Shown: piece by piece, positions 39,151 through 51,545 of the stretch
How positions within the stretch are numbered: position 1 is the first letter of the stretch
Layout of the letters: each line of letters opens with the position of its first letter
Assembly: GCA_964016885.1 (NCBI GenBank)
Contig: OZ024740.1
Coordinates: forward strand, 396,676,001 to 396,740,000
Direction of reading: 5' to 3'
DNA: 64,000 nucleotides
Source: Eledone cirrhosa
Lineage: Eukaryota
Translations under genes and position numbers: made by a program
The notes under the pieces: generated by a model
Told to the model about the DNA's origin: nothing
What the model saw: only the letters and a program-made list of their open reading frames with translations
The model's database searches: none

Positions 39151-39693
39151 GATGCAGGTAGTCAAATTTTGGGCCATGATGACATGACCAAAATACTGAT
39201 ATATTACACAAAGATAAAACCTTCAGTGAAATACTGATCACTTAATGGCTTATGAGAGTGCTGCCTGGCAGATTTGTTAGAGCATCAGACAAAATGCCTT
39301 GTGGTATTTAGTTATATCTCTTTACATTCTACATTCAAATCTTGCTGGAGTCAACTTTGACTCTTATTTTGTTTTATCGAGGATAAGGTGCTAGTTTATT
39401 ATTAATCATTTTCAGACAAAGCCCACTTCCTATTTTCCTGCGTACTGAATTGAAGCAACTGAAAACAAATGTCATGCCTAGATTCAGAACAAAATGCAAT
39501 TGTGGGCCTAAGAATAATAGTCAGTAATCTAGTAATATGATAGTTTATCGATAGAGCTACTTTGCTTTACATAAACAAATTGTTAAGGAATGAAATATAG
39601 TGAGTAAATATATTTTGTTTCTAATTTCAAATATTTTGCATTCAACATGAAATGACTAAAATAAATTTTGATATGAAGGAATATAATGCTGAC

Positions 39694-39854
39694 CTGACTG
39701 GACCTCAAGACTTGAGAGTGATGATGATGTTGGTGTGGGAGGTTGAGTTGTCTTTTCTTTCACTCGTTGCGTGCGACTTGAAAAGGCTCGCACCAATTCA
39801 TGCATCTGTTCACTCAAGGTCCGACTAACATTTGACAAATTGAAAGATTCATCC
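39694..39854 (-). CDS. CNGB1: Cyclic nucleotide-gated channel beta subunit, N-terminal coding exon
   Basis: Acceptor ttttccttctttaacag, donor CAG|gtcagc; 161 nt, phase 2/1: DESFNLSNVSRTLSEQMHELVRAFSSRTQRVKEKTTQPPTPTSSSLSSLEVQS. MHELVRAFSSRTQRVKEK aligns by eye with CNGB1 LQELVKLFKERTEKVKEK; splices in frame to 12516-12319. Confidence 0.9.
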
Positions 39855-40589
39855 CTGTTAAAGAAGGAAAATGCACAGATTTATAATTTCTTTACTGTTA
39901 AGGGAGGAAAATACATAGTTTTAGAAAATCTTTCTATTTTTCATCTGCTAAATATGAAATGTTAATACTTGGAGGAAAATACACAGTTTAAGAATATCTT
40001 TTTCTTTTTCTTATGTTAAATATAAAATGTTAATACTCACTCATTGACATACACATATTAAAGTATAAATAACATGGAGATTAGATTAACAGACACACAA
40101 AAGGATGGAATCTTTAAATTTTAACAGAAAAATAAAATAAATGAAATGTATTATACACAGAATTATTTAGACATTACAAATATATATAGCCATGATGATG
40201 ATGATCAGAAAATCACTGATCCAAAACGAACCAAGGAAACTATGTTTCAATTGATCTTTCCCATTGCTGAGAATATCTGTCAGCCATAAATCCTAGCAGA
40301 AGTGCTATCGTTATTTTTACAGTGGCAGGTATCAGAATTTGAACTGAGAATACACAGAACCAGAACAGATTCTGTAAGGTATCTCATATGATGCTTTAAC
40401 AGTTTTACCAATATGTCACCCATGGACTGGTACTTTATCAACCTTGAAAGGATGAAAGACAAAGTTGACCTCAGCAGGATTTGAACTTAGTGTGTAGAGA
40501 ACTGAAACAAATACAACTGGGAATTCTTTCTACTACTCTAACAACTGGCAATTTACCATATTAGTATATATATATATATATATGTATTA

Positions 40590-42310
40590 TCATTGTGGCC
40601 CTAATTGAACATTCCTGACAAAGGCTCTCAATTTTCTGGCAACTGCTCCCTACTGGGTTTGTATCATCTGAGAGTCTTCTTCAACTGCATCTCCTGTGAG
40701 TTAGTTTCCACAATAGTAGCTTGTGTGTAACTTTCTGCTTCTGCAGGACATTTCCTGCAAATCGTAACCATCTTTGAGCAATTGCAGTTGTTACCTTGGG
40801 CAAGTTTCTATATAAACTTCCATTTGTAATACGTTGATGCCAGTTTATGTTTTGTACAATCCTAGACATTTTAGTGTATACAGCATCTAGTTTCTTCTCA
40901 AGTGCTTGTGTCAGGGTCCACGTATCTGATCCATACAACAACACTGACTCAACAGATGTTCTGAAGAATATATTTTGATTTTTCTGGGTAGACCTGACTT
41001 CAATATCCTTTCCCTGTTATTCATTGCAGATCAGATTTTGGTAATTCTAATGTCAGTGTCCTCTTTTGATGAACTCATCCAGCTGCTTAAATATAGAAAA
41101 TCATCAACTTGATTCAGTATTCTGTCATCCAGGGTGACAAGATTTCCATAATTCTTGGTTTAGTGACAGGTATTCCACCTTGGTAACATTTAGGTGTAGA
41201 CCAATTTTCCTGGCAGAGAATTTGAGTTTATGAAGAAATTCTTGAGATTGATAAAAGAACTATGTCATCAGCAAAATTTGTATCACATGTAACAGTTGGT
41301 GGGTTTTACTTACTTTTCCTTGTGTCAATGTAAAGCTGAGATCATGTTCATTAACAATGGCTTCCCTCATGGTATAGTCCAGAGTGATTATGAAAAGATA
41401 TGGTGCCAATGTGTCACCTTGAAGGACACCTGCTAGGATTTCAAAAACTCAGTATCACCATCAGGAAAGCAAACTTGAGCTTCCATGTTTATGTAGAGCA
41501 TATTTATAGCAGAAACAATGGCATCAGGTATGCCACACACAACTAGAGTTGACATAAGCTTTCCTCTATGAATGGAGTCAAAAGTCTTTTTGAAGTCAAT
41601 GAAAGTACAGCTTTCAGGTTCTTTGGTCTGATGCTTTCTAGTAGCCTTTGCAGTGTCAATATTTGCCAGAGAGTCAATCTATTCTGTCTGAAACCATTTT
41701 GATTTATTGAGTTTCGGGTTTAGATGTGGTCTTAATCTGTTTTATAGCATTCTGTTGTAGATTTTAGCTACAACTACTCACAAAGTAATTCCTCTGTAAT
41801 TTGCTGTATATCGCAGGTCACCCTTCTTGGGTAGAGGCACTATTCTTCCTTTTTCTTCAGATTTTTGGTACATCTCCTTTGAAGGTCTTTTGGCAGATTT
41901 CAAGCAGTTCATCATTCATGTATACTTTCCATACTTCTGCTGGTATATTATCCAAGCCTGTAGCTTTGTTGTTTTGTATCAACTTGATTCCATCTTTCAA
42001 CTCCTGTATTGTAAAATAAACATCACTAGGCAGTTCGGTCAAATATGTTGTCAATATTTCCTTCAAATATTAAAAGAGGTTGTCCAAGTAACTTAGCAAA
42101 ATGTTCCTTCCACATCTTTCCTCTTTCTTTAGGGCACTCAGCTTTTATCCTACCTCGGTTGGATTTCTTTCTTCCAGTTATTTCATTGATAACACTCATT
42201 GCAAGCTTTGCTTTTCGATTTAAGTGGACATTATGCAGTAGTTATACCCCCCACCCCAATGTAGCTTTCTTGTTCTTTGATATAACATCATCCAGATTCC
42301 GTTGAGCTTC
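40590..42310 (-). mobile_element. RTE-clade LINE, degenerate RT region
   Basis: Minus: NNKATGLDNIPAEVWK, NYRGITL, FIDFKKTFDSIHR, GVLQGDTLAPYLFIITLDY, FADD, LLYGSDTWTLT..WLRFAG; many frameshifts. Confidence 0.9.
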
Positions 42311-42691
42311 AACTATAAGCTGTTTGTTTCTTTAAGTCGGTTGAAAGTGACTGCAGTGGGAAGACCACAAATCTTAGTACTCGGTGCATGGTGGGATGCA
42401 GAGTGGGTATATCGATATATATATATATAGTGAGATATAACTTTATTGTATACTTCAGATGCTTAGTACGTAGCATTATATATATATATATATATATAAA
42501 CATGCACACATATACATATACACACACACACACATATATATAAACACGCACACATATATATATACATATAATCCGTAAAAGTATTTAAGAACCAAAGTTC
42601 ATATAAGTATATCCAATGAGCTGCATAGGTATGGTGGTAGAGAGTATATACATAAGAATGTAGAAAAAGCAAAGATGAAAAATTAAGTTAT

Positions 42692-43076
42692 TTTATTCTT
42701 CTGAAACATGTTTCTACAAAAATAAACAAAACTAAATGAAAAAACAACAAAATTGTGGAAAGCCTTGCTCTAAATCCATTATTTATATACAGATGTATTT
42801 ATATGCATTTATATATCACAATCTGAGTATTGACCCGAGTAATTAGATATTAATTCTGTTCATTTTTGCATGATATATATCATGCCATAGCTGTGATATA
42901 AAGATATTTTACAGATATTGTTTTAATAAATTTTACTTTCTCCGAAGACACAAAAAATGCACAAAATAAATATTTAATTCCTTGAGCCAATGCTCAGATT
43001 GTGATATACAATACATCTGTATATGAATAATGGAGATTGAACAAGCTTTTTCTTTAAATTTATTTTTATAGAAACA
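42692..43076. mobile_element. Foldback/MITE-like inverted repeat; right arm completed at 44984-44996 beyond the inserted RTE
   Basis: Left arm TTTATTCTTCTGAAACATGTTTCTACAAAAATAAA..TCCATTATTTATATACAGATGTATT..ATATCACAATCTGAG mirrors CTCAGATTGTGATAT..AATACATCTGTATATGAATAATGGA..TTTATTTTTATAGAAACA + TCAGAAGAATAAA. Confidence 0.75.
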
Positions 43077-44983
43077 AGACTGGCGTAGCATCATCATCAT
43101 TAACTGCTACAAGGGTAAAGGAGATGCTCTAGATAGAGGAAACTATAGAGGCATTAAGTTAGTTGACCAGGTCATGAAAGTCACAGAAAGAGTTATAGCG
43201 CAACTAATCAGAGAGCGAATTGATCAAGATGAAATGCAGTTTGGGTTTGTGTCAGGTAAAAGTACCACAGACGCTCTTTTCCTTGTACGACAACTACAAG
43301 AGAAGTACCTAGCTAAAAGTAAACGCCTCTACTTAGCTTTTGTAGACCTGGAAAAAGCCTTTGACAGAGTCCCCCGCTCCATTATCTGGTGCGCTCTTAG
43401 AAAAGTAGGTGTAGATGAATGGCTTGTGAGAGCTATACAAGCTATGTATAATGAAACAGTCAGTAAGGTTAGAATTAACAATGAATATTGTGAAGAATTT
43501 AGTGTAAAAGTTGGTGTTCACCAAGGCTCTGTCCTTAGCCCCCTCCTATTTATTATTGCCCTTCAGGCTATAACAGAGGAGTTCAAGACCGGCTGCCCAT
43601 GGGAACTCCTATACGCAGATGATCTAACGCTCATAGCTGAATCAATGGCTGAACTAGAAAAAAAATTCCAAACATGGAAGCATGGCCTAGAAGCAAAAGG
43701 CCTTAAAGTTAACTTGTCTAAGACTAAAGTCCTAGTTTATAGAAAGAAAAATAAGGCACAGGTACCCTCAGGGAAATGGCCTTGCTCAGTGTGTAGGAAA
43801 GGAGTAGGCAGAAATTCAATTTTATGTCCCAAATGCAAAGTATGGGTACATAAAAGATGTAGTGGCATCACAGGTAAACTATCTAAGAACGTAGACTTTA
43901 TATGTGGCCGATGCTCAGGTGCAATAGGTAGCAAGTGTCCACAGGATACTAGCCGCTTCTATTGCCCAGATGGTTCTATAGAAATAGTAGACACTTTCCG
44001 TTACCTGGGTGACGAAATCAGCAGTGGTGGAGGGTGTTCTGAAAGTACAGTAGCCAGAGTCAGAACGGGATGGAAAAAGTTCAGAGAGCTTATACTGCTG
44101 TTGGCCACAAAAGGTTTCTCTCTAAAAATGAAAGGCAGATTGTATGATGCTTCTATATGAACAGCAATGCTACATGGCAGTAAGACATGGGCATTGCGTG
44201 CAGAGGACCTGCGAAGACTGGAAAGGAACAAAGCATGCATGCTCCGTTGGATGTGTAATAGTAATATACATGAACGGCAAAGCATAAATGAACTAAGTGA
44301 GAAATTAGGAATAAGAGGGATCAGATGCTGTTTACTCAAGAGAAGACTATGTTGGTATGGCCACATGATGCGCATGAAAGACGACAGCTGTATAAAAAAG
44401 TGCAGGGCGATCAAAATTGATGGTAGTTACAGAGTAGGTAGACCCAGAAAAACCTGGGATGATCTGATAAATTCCGACCTTACACACTTGCACCTCTCAA
44501 AGACAATGTCACTGAACCGAGATCTTTGGCGCTACACAGTAATACAGAAGACACGCCTTGCCTATGTACAAAGCAAAACCTACAGTCAGTAGGCACCTCT
44601 TAACCAAATATACACCCCAATCCACTACCCCTACCCTATCCTCCCACTCCCACCAACACCACCCTCTCTCTATAAAGTTGGTACCACAACATCCAGTCCA
44701 AATAAATGAGATAAATGAGATCGAGATTGTGTAGGTGTCACGAGAAAAAACACACAGTCCACGCTGTAATGTGGCCGTGTAGTTAACACGGTAAAAAGTT
44801 CCCAGTTCCACACTGTAAATGTGGTTGGTGTTAGGAAGGGCATTCAGCCGTAGAAAACCTGCCAGATAGTCCTATATGAGCGAGACATGGTCAGCCGACC
44901 AACCTTGCCTCAAGTGGGACAACTCCCGTCTAACCCATGCTAGCGTGGAAAATGGACATTAAACGAAGATGATGATGATGATG
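43077..44983 (+). mobile_element. 5'-truncated RTE LINE: reverse transcriptase with internal PHD-like finger, one in-frame stop, 3' UTR and (GAT)n tail
   Basis: ORFs 43174-44160 and 44167-44592 are in the same frame, separated by a TGA: NYRGIKL, QFGF, AFVDLEKAFDRV, GVHQGSVLSPLLF, LLYADD, YLGD, RLCWYGHMMRM, GRPRKTW; endonuclease domain absent. Confidence 0.96.
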
Positions 44984-45829
44984 TCAGAAGAATAAAGAGC
45001 ATAGAGCTAAAGCTCTTCATTTAACTGAACATAACTATAGAATAATTGGATAAAACATAAAATGATAATTTATAAAAGGATCTTAATCATCTAATGTATA
45101 ACAATTACTTTATGGAATCCAAATTTCAGAAATTCCATTCATCCCATTCTTCTTTCTCTTGATTTGCTACTTTGAATCATTACATTCATTTACAAATATT
45201 TTATTACGCATATGTTTTCTTTTTTGAGAATAAAGCTTTTCCACATTTGTATTATGGTGGCTGTTTGTAATTGTGGTAGTTATCCTATGATAAAACTACA
45301 ATTTTGATATACATTTTCACTAAGAGCTTAATTATTTACTATAATTTGGATACTAAAAGATGCAATGCTTTTGGTATTGTTATTTATATGAACCAAAATT
45401 TCCCTCATGTCATATCTATGGGGACCATGCTTAGAGATTAGTTTAAAGTAATTACTAGAAAGTTTTACATTCTAAAATCGAATAATTTTGTTCCTAATTC
45501 TCCCAAATATCTAATATTTCATTCATATTTTCTTAAAAAGAAATGCTTAACTGCAACTGTATCTCATTGCTAAGCATTTTAAAACAAAGTTTAAAATTGT
45601 TTGGTAAAATATATTTGTAGAAATTGGCATTTGATACGATATAATATTGAAAAAGAATTTAATCATTTCAAAGAAAATTGTTTGCTTGCAAATATTTTGG
45701 TCACATTCATTTATTAACAAAATAAGTTGATTTCTCACTCCCTTTTCTATTTGTTCAAACTTCTAAATACACAGAAATAACAACAGCTTTAGCAAAATTA
45801 GACCCTATTAATATTACAATAAAAACAAA

Positions 45830-46200
45830 AATCCGATATTTAAGAGTATTTGTAGTTTCAACAGAACTTCATGGGTATGAATCATGGTTGTTAGATGCTG
45901 GAAGTGAGAAAAAGATCATAACCTTTGAAATGAAAGGTTATAGAAAGATACTTTGTATTCCATATGCAGAACATCAAACAAACAAGAGTGTTAGAAAATA
46001 AATTATTGGAAAGTCTACGAGTCTCAAAACACTTCTGTCAATTATCAAAAGAGAAAAAATGAAGTGGTTTGGTCATGTAACATGACATCTTGTTTCCTTA
46101 TTTCTAGTGAATATGATAATTCCCACCATCCTCAGTAAAAGAGGAATAGGAAGACTTCAATAGGGGTGGTTGAATAATATCAAGGAATAAATAAGTAGGA
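45830..46200 (+). mobile_element. RTE LINE 3' fragment, degenerate
   Basis: LHGYESWLL..IITFEMKGYRKILCIPYAEHQTN..IIKREKMKWFGHV. Confidence 0.75.
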
Positions 46201-47407
46201 AGATGATAAAGCATCTTCAAACATCTTGCTATTTCAATTGGACAAACTATATTTTTATTTGTTTTTACTAGTTATCATTATTTTATTTCAGCACTTATTT
46301 CCATTCCATATCCTCTTGTAGTTAATATGTTGTTAGATATCTAATTACTCCATCTTCTTTTAAATCAATATCATTGGCAAAATGGAGATGACTGAATTCT
46401 CTACCCCCTACTTTAAAAGATTCAGTGCTTGTGCCAGAGTATATTTTAAAAACACATTAAAAGCTCTTGGTGAAAGACTGACACTCATTGCTGTTTTAGT
46501 TACTTAGGAAATTTTCAACCCAAATCAAACGTTTTGTATGTTCATATAATATGTAATATTTACTATTAGTAGGCTGATGTTATAGTTTCTCATAATAAGC
46601 CATAGTATCCTATGCCACACACAGTTTATAGCATTTTAAGATTAAAAGTCAATGAAGTTCAAGCAAAAATTTAACTGGTGTTCCAAGTGTTATTCAGCAG
46701 ATTCTCCCTCCATTACTTCTTTTCATATCATCCAATTACACTGCCTTCCCACAACACTTGCCATACATTTTTGTTTCTCTTAAGCACCACTCACCTATTT
46801 TCCCATTTGATCAATCATATTTATTTTGGAACAAGGGGACCTTTCAACTGCCACAATAAAATGTATTTAATACACCCCATAAAATGGTTGGGAATTGAAC
46901 AACAACAACAACATAGAATAGGGAGGACTCTACAGTCACTTCAAGGATGTGGCAAACTCTCTCGTGTTGGTAAAGCAAAGTGATTGACATCAGGAAGAGT
47001 ATTCATACTTATAGTGAAAATAAACTTAAAAATTAAAATAAATTAATGTGTATTTCTGGAATAGAACTAATTGATTTTATATTACATATTACAAAAACAT
47101 GAGGAAGACATTTGATTATCGCAAACTTCAAATTGAAGTCAGAAATTTCATGGATTTTAGATGATATTTTCTGAAATAATATGTTCCTCGCATCTTGTAT
47201 AAATATACAAAACTTTGGAACCAACTGTAAAGGTGTAATATAACTGATTCTATTTTATTGTTGTCACCAACAACATCACATTTCATTTCTAGAGTAAAAA
47301 GTGCTAGTGGCTCAATGAAAAATATCACAGTGATTTCCAGACATTACATAAATAATAGGATTGATGGGGTGGCTCTGGTTCAGTAAATATCAAATGTTCA
47401 AATAACA

Positions 47408-47655
47408 TTGGTGGATTGGCAGTATTGGTAGAGGGTCGGATGCCATGCTTTGATGCATTGAGTTACGGCCCTTGCCATTCTGAGTTCAAATCCCGCCGAG
47501 GTTAACTGTGCCTTTCATCCTTACGGGGTCGATAAAATAAAGTACCAGTAATACACTGGGTAATTGCTGGCCTTGTGCCAAAAGTAGAAACAATTATTTT
47601 TCATACATGCAAGCAGGGAAAAGCGGACGTAAAATGATGATGATGATGATGATGA
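47408..47655 (+). mobile_element. SINE family B followed by a SINE A/RTE-type 3' tail
   Basis: Full SINE B 47408-47598, then GCAAGCAGGGAAAAGCGGACGTAAAATGATGATG. Confidence 0.9.
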
Positions 47656-50149
47656 TGGTGAACTAAAAAGTTAATTATTTTGACTAACAAAATCGTTCAA
47701 CAATTAGATTACCTTTTTTTTATAATAGTATTTATACATTTTAACCTAATACATCAATTATATTCTACTTTAGATTTTCTCTTCCTTTTTTTTAAAAATA
47801 AATTGTGTACATTTTTTGAAGATTAGTACCACTATTGGTCAGTAATGCTCAATAATTATTGGAAATTACAATTCATAGTGTGATAAACTATACAAAATAT
47901 TTATTTTACATGAGCACAGAGACATTAAAAGGATTTTAAGATTCTTTATTTTACTACTGCTTTTACTGCTGTTGGAATGCCTTGATAATGAATCTGTTCG
48001 ATGAGAGCAGACTTCAGTCTAAACAACAATTTCATTACAGAATGACATGGCTTTTAAAATGAATGTTTTGGCCACTGTTATAATGTAAAGTCAATAAGCA
48101 GATACAAACAGCTAAACTGGTGATTGGTTGTTCAGTACACTTGGACAACTTGGATATTTGCATTCTCCTATTGTACTTTACTATATTGTAATGTATTCTT
48201 TTTCCTCATGGTTTGTTTCAATTAAAGAAATCATTATTTTATGTAAAGTCTACAAACCTGTCAGTATAAGTAAGTTCAGTTACAATTTTGGTAAATTCCA
48301 TGCTGCATTAATTTATGTAAAATAAAGTACCAGTAATGCACTGGGTAATTGCTGGCCTTGTGCCAAAAGTAGAAACAATTAATTTATATAGTATGTTAGG
48401 GTTTCAACAAGTTAAACTTTTAATGGATGTATAGAGTAGCATTATAATTATCATCATCATCATTTAATGTCTATTTTTCCAAAATATTTCCTCTTAAAAT
48501 TCTAACCATAATGATAAAATCCTAAACCACACAAACTACTCATATAACATCTAGCTTTTTTATCCCAGTGTTTTACTTTATAAATATATTCACTTGCTTT
48601 TACTATTTTAAAATTCCTACACAAGCGAGCATTTCCATATTACCTTGTTTATTTATTTCATATTACAAATTTTAAGATTTGCATGATTGAACAATGTTTT
48701 GTAATACTTCCACTTCTACCACTGAACCCTCAATTTAAAAAAGGAGAAGAACTCAATTGATAGTCAATTAATAGTCAGGTTGGTTGTGGTAAGCATGTGT
48801 GAGTACATACACGTCATAATGGCACCATTACGATTTGACTCTGGTTCATTATATATTGATTAAATGAGGGAAATGGATTTTATTAGGTTCTGAGTATAAA
48901 TTTCAACTGCACCAATCCACAAGATCATTAGTTTATGTAAAAATTAGAAAACTCTAAAAAATGATGTTAAGTTCACTTAAACAGTTAATGGATTGGCAGA
49001 TATGGTACATTATCAGATTAAATGCTTTGCATAATATAGTTACATTTTGAGTTCAAATCCCACTGGAGTTGACTTATATCAATAACATAACCAATTACGT
49101 CAGTTGATTCAACTGATTATGCCAATATTTTATAACTTTTTTTGATAAGGGGCTGATATTAAAAAAAACAAAAACATTAATAGGAATGTTATATCAAGAA
49201 AGGTGAAAAATTATTATTTAATTTCCTAATTATGATTATCAACAAGAACAAAATGTAAAAATATAAATAAAAGGCATTTTATTGTGCCACGGACACTACA
49301 GAAATTCTCAACAACTAGACCAAAGAGATTTTACCCAGTATCTATTCTCATTCAGAGTTAATCCTCTTCCAAACAGGTTTCTTATAATGTAGTTCTTGTA
49401 ATGAGTTTACATCTTTGTACATTCTAATTTTGGCATAATTGTTATATCTTGATGCCCTTTCTATCCACTGGGTGCAATTTATCATGTCACTAATACTAGA
49501 AATATTGTCTGTGGTGGGACTAAATGGTCCTCGCTACACTGTTTGTTGTTCTTATTTGTAGCTATTACAAAAACACACACATACACTCACACATATTATT
49601 TAACAAGGGACCCTCTACAAGTTAGTTTCAACTATTAAAAATAACAGCCAAATATCCCTCAAATTAAATCCGTCATCTGAAAAAAAAAGAGAACATACAC
49701 TATTCTAGTTACACCATGTTGTACCCTGTGAGCCACTGCTTTCCAAATACTTCAAGCCTGTCCCTTAGCTTTTATGGGCCTTTTTTTCAGTATTCTACAT
49801 CAATATGTTGCCTTCTGTCAGGTTAGTACATAGCCCCCAGTCACAAATCCTGGGTTATAGAATTGAAATCTTGTAACAGAGTTATAGTATTTCAATTCTT
49901 TCATGTTGTCATATATGTACACACACATACACACACATACACACCTTCACACACACACACACACATATATATATAAATTTCCAGATTTATAGGAGAAACA
50001 AAACTCAGTACATTGGTCGAGTGATGTATAATTTATCTTATAGCTGTGAAGCTGTACTAATGACTTGAGGGTCAGGAGTTTCATGTTTAATGTATTAAGC
50101 ACAAAAAACCTAGTTTTCAAGTTACTAATGCAGCTTTGCAGCTATGATA

Positions 50150-50292
50150 TAATTGTTTCTACTTTAAGCACTAGGCCAGCAATTTGAAGGGGAGGGGAAA
50201 ATCAATTAAATCGACCCCAGTATTTACTGGTGCTTTATTTTATCAACCCCATAAGGATGAAAGGCAAAGCTAACCATGGCGGAATTTGAACT
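50150..50292 (-). mobile_element. SINE family B, 5'-truncated
   Basis: Same tail and central block as 23460. Confidence 0.85.
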
Positions 50293-50314
50293 ATAATATA
50301 ATATAATAAATTAC

Positions 50315-50860
50315 ATATATGAGGTTTGTAGAGAAGTATTCAAATTTATTTTTTCCCGTGGGAAGTAACGACAACATGGTGACAAAAGTGTGCAGAATGG
50401 AGCAGCATATATTCCTGTGCATGTATGGTTTTTGGTGAACTTGCTGAATGTGTCAGTTGCTGTCAGGTGGTCAGCATGTGAGGTGCTGTATTACTTACTC
50501 ATTACATTTTGCCTGATACTGCCAACAAGGACACTGAGTTCCTGAGTACCATGATAACTGGAGATGGAACATAGCTATGATCCCAAAATCAAAGCTCATT
50601 CAATGTTATCAAGACCCCCCCCCCCACACAAAAAACATGTCAGGTGAGCAACAAAATCAAGGTGAGGCTGATTGTTTTCTTCAACTACCAAAGTGTTGTG
50701 CATCACAATTATGCACTAGAAAGACAAACAGTTACAAAGGAGTACTATTAGGAAGTCCTCTCATATTTTCATGATGTAACGCGGCACAAAAGACTTGATC
50801 TGTGGGTCACAAAAAACTACCAGCTGCATCACAAGGGTCTGGCTCGTTCATTGCAGCTGA
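50315..50860 (+). mobile_element. Mariner transposon remnant (transposase catalytic domain fragment)
   Basis: EFLSTMITGDGT.SYDPK, KVRLIVFFNYQSVVHHNY..QTNSYKEYY-like, WVTKNYQLHH match mariner ITGDETW.YDP / TVF..G..H / LHHDNA motifs with frameshifts. Confidence 0.8.
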
Positions 50861-50874
50861 TCCTATTGCTTATT

Positions 50875-51545
50875 TACTATCATTGTGGAGATGTTGAAGG
50901 TAAGTGGAGATAACATGATCCAGTGGCTCACCTGCATAATCAACCATGTATGGGTGTCAAAACAGCCCACAAATGGCTGGACTCAGGGTATCATCCTCCT
51001 CTTTTGGAAATGGAAGAACAACAAACTTATCTCAAGCAAAGGGGCATCACCTTCCTCTCCATCCCAAGTAAGCTCTTCCTGCCATAGGAAGCAGATGTCA
51101 CCCACAACAAGCCAGATTCATGCCAAATTGATCTCGGGAGATCCATTGAGATCACGACTTCTATGTCACCTTCATCGACCTCAAGGTGGCCGCTGACACA
51201 GTCGACTATTCATTTCTCTGGAAAATTCTCAAGCTCATCGGCGTGTTTCCCACAATCACCACCCTGTTCCATTGGCTCTATAGCTGTGCTGAGAATTGCA
51301 TGTGGGTGAATGGGAAGGACTCCGACTGGTTCACTATAAGCAGTGGAGTCAGACAGGGCTGCATGGCTGCCCCTGACCTCTTCAACTATGTCAGCGACTA
51401 TCTGATAACCAAGGTCTGTGAGTGAGTTTCTGGCGTTACCTTTGGGAACTCGACCTGGAGTATGTGGATGACACTGTCCTATTCAGCAACTTGATCGATC
51501 AGCTCAGGGATGCATTGACTATATACCAGGAGGTATCAGCAATCT
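50875..51545 (+). mobile_element. RTE-clade LINE RT fragment
   Basis: EMLKVSGDNMIQWL..WTQGIILLFWK; FIDLKVAADTVD..LWKILKLIG; SGVRQGCMAAPDLFN; LEYVDD. Confidence 0.85.

Noticed and set aside
43174-44592. Functional stop-codon readthrough or domesticated RT gene
   Set aside because: The element is 5'-truncated without endonuclease or promoter, and the TGA most simply reflects a CGA-to-TGA mutation.
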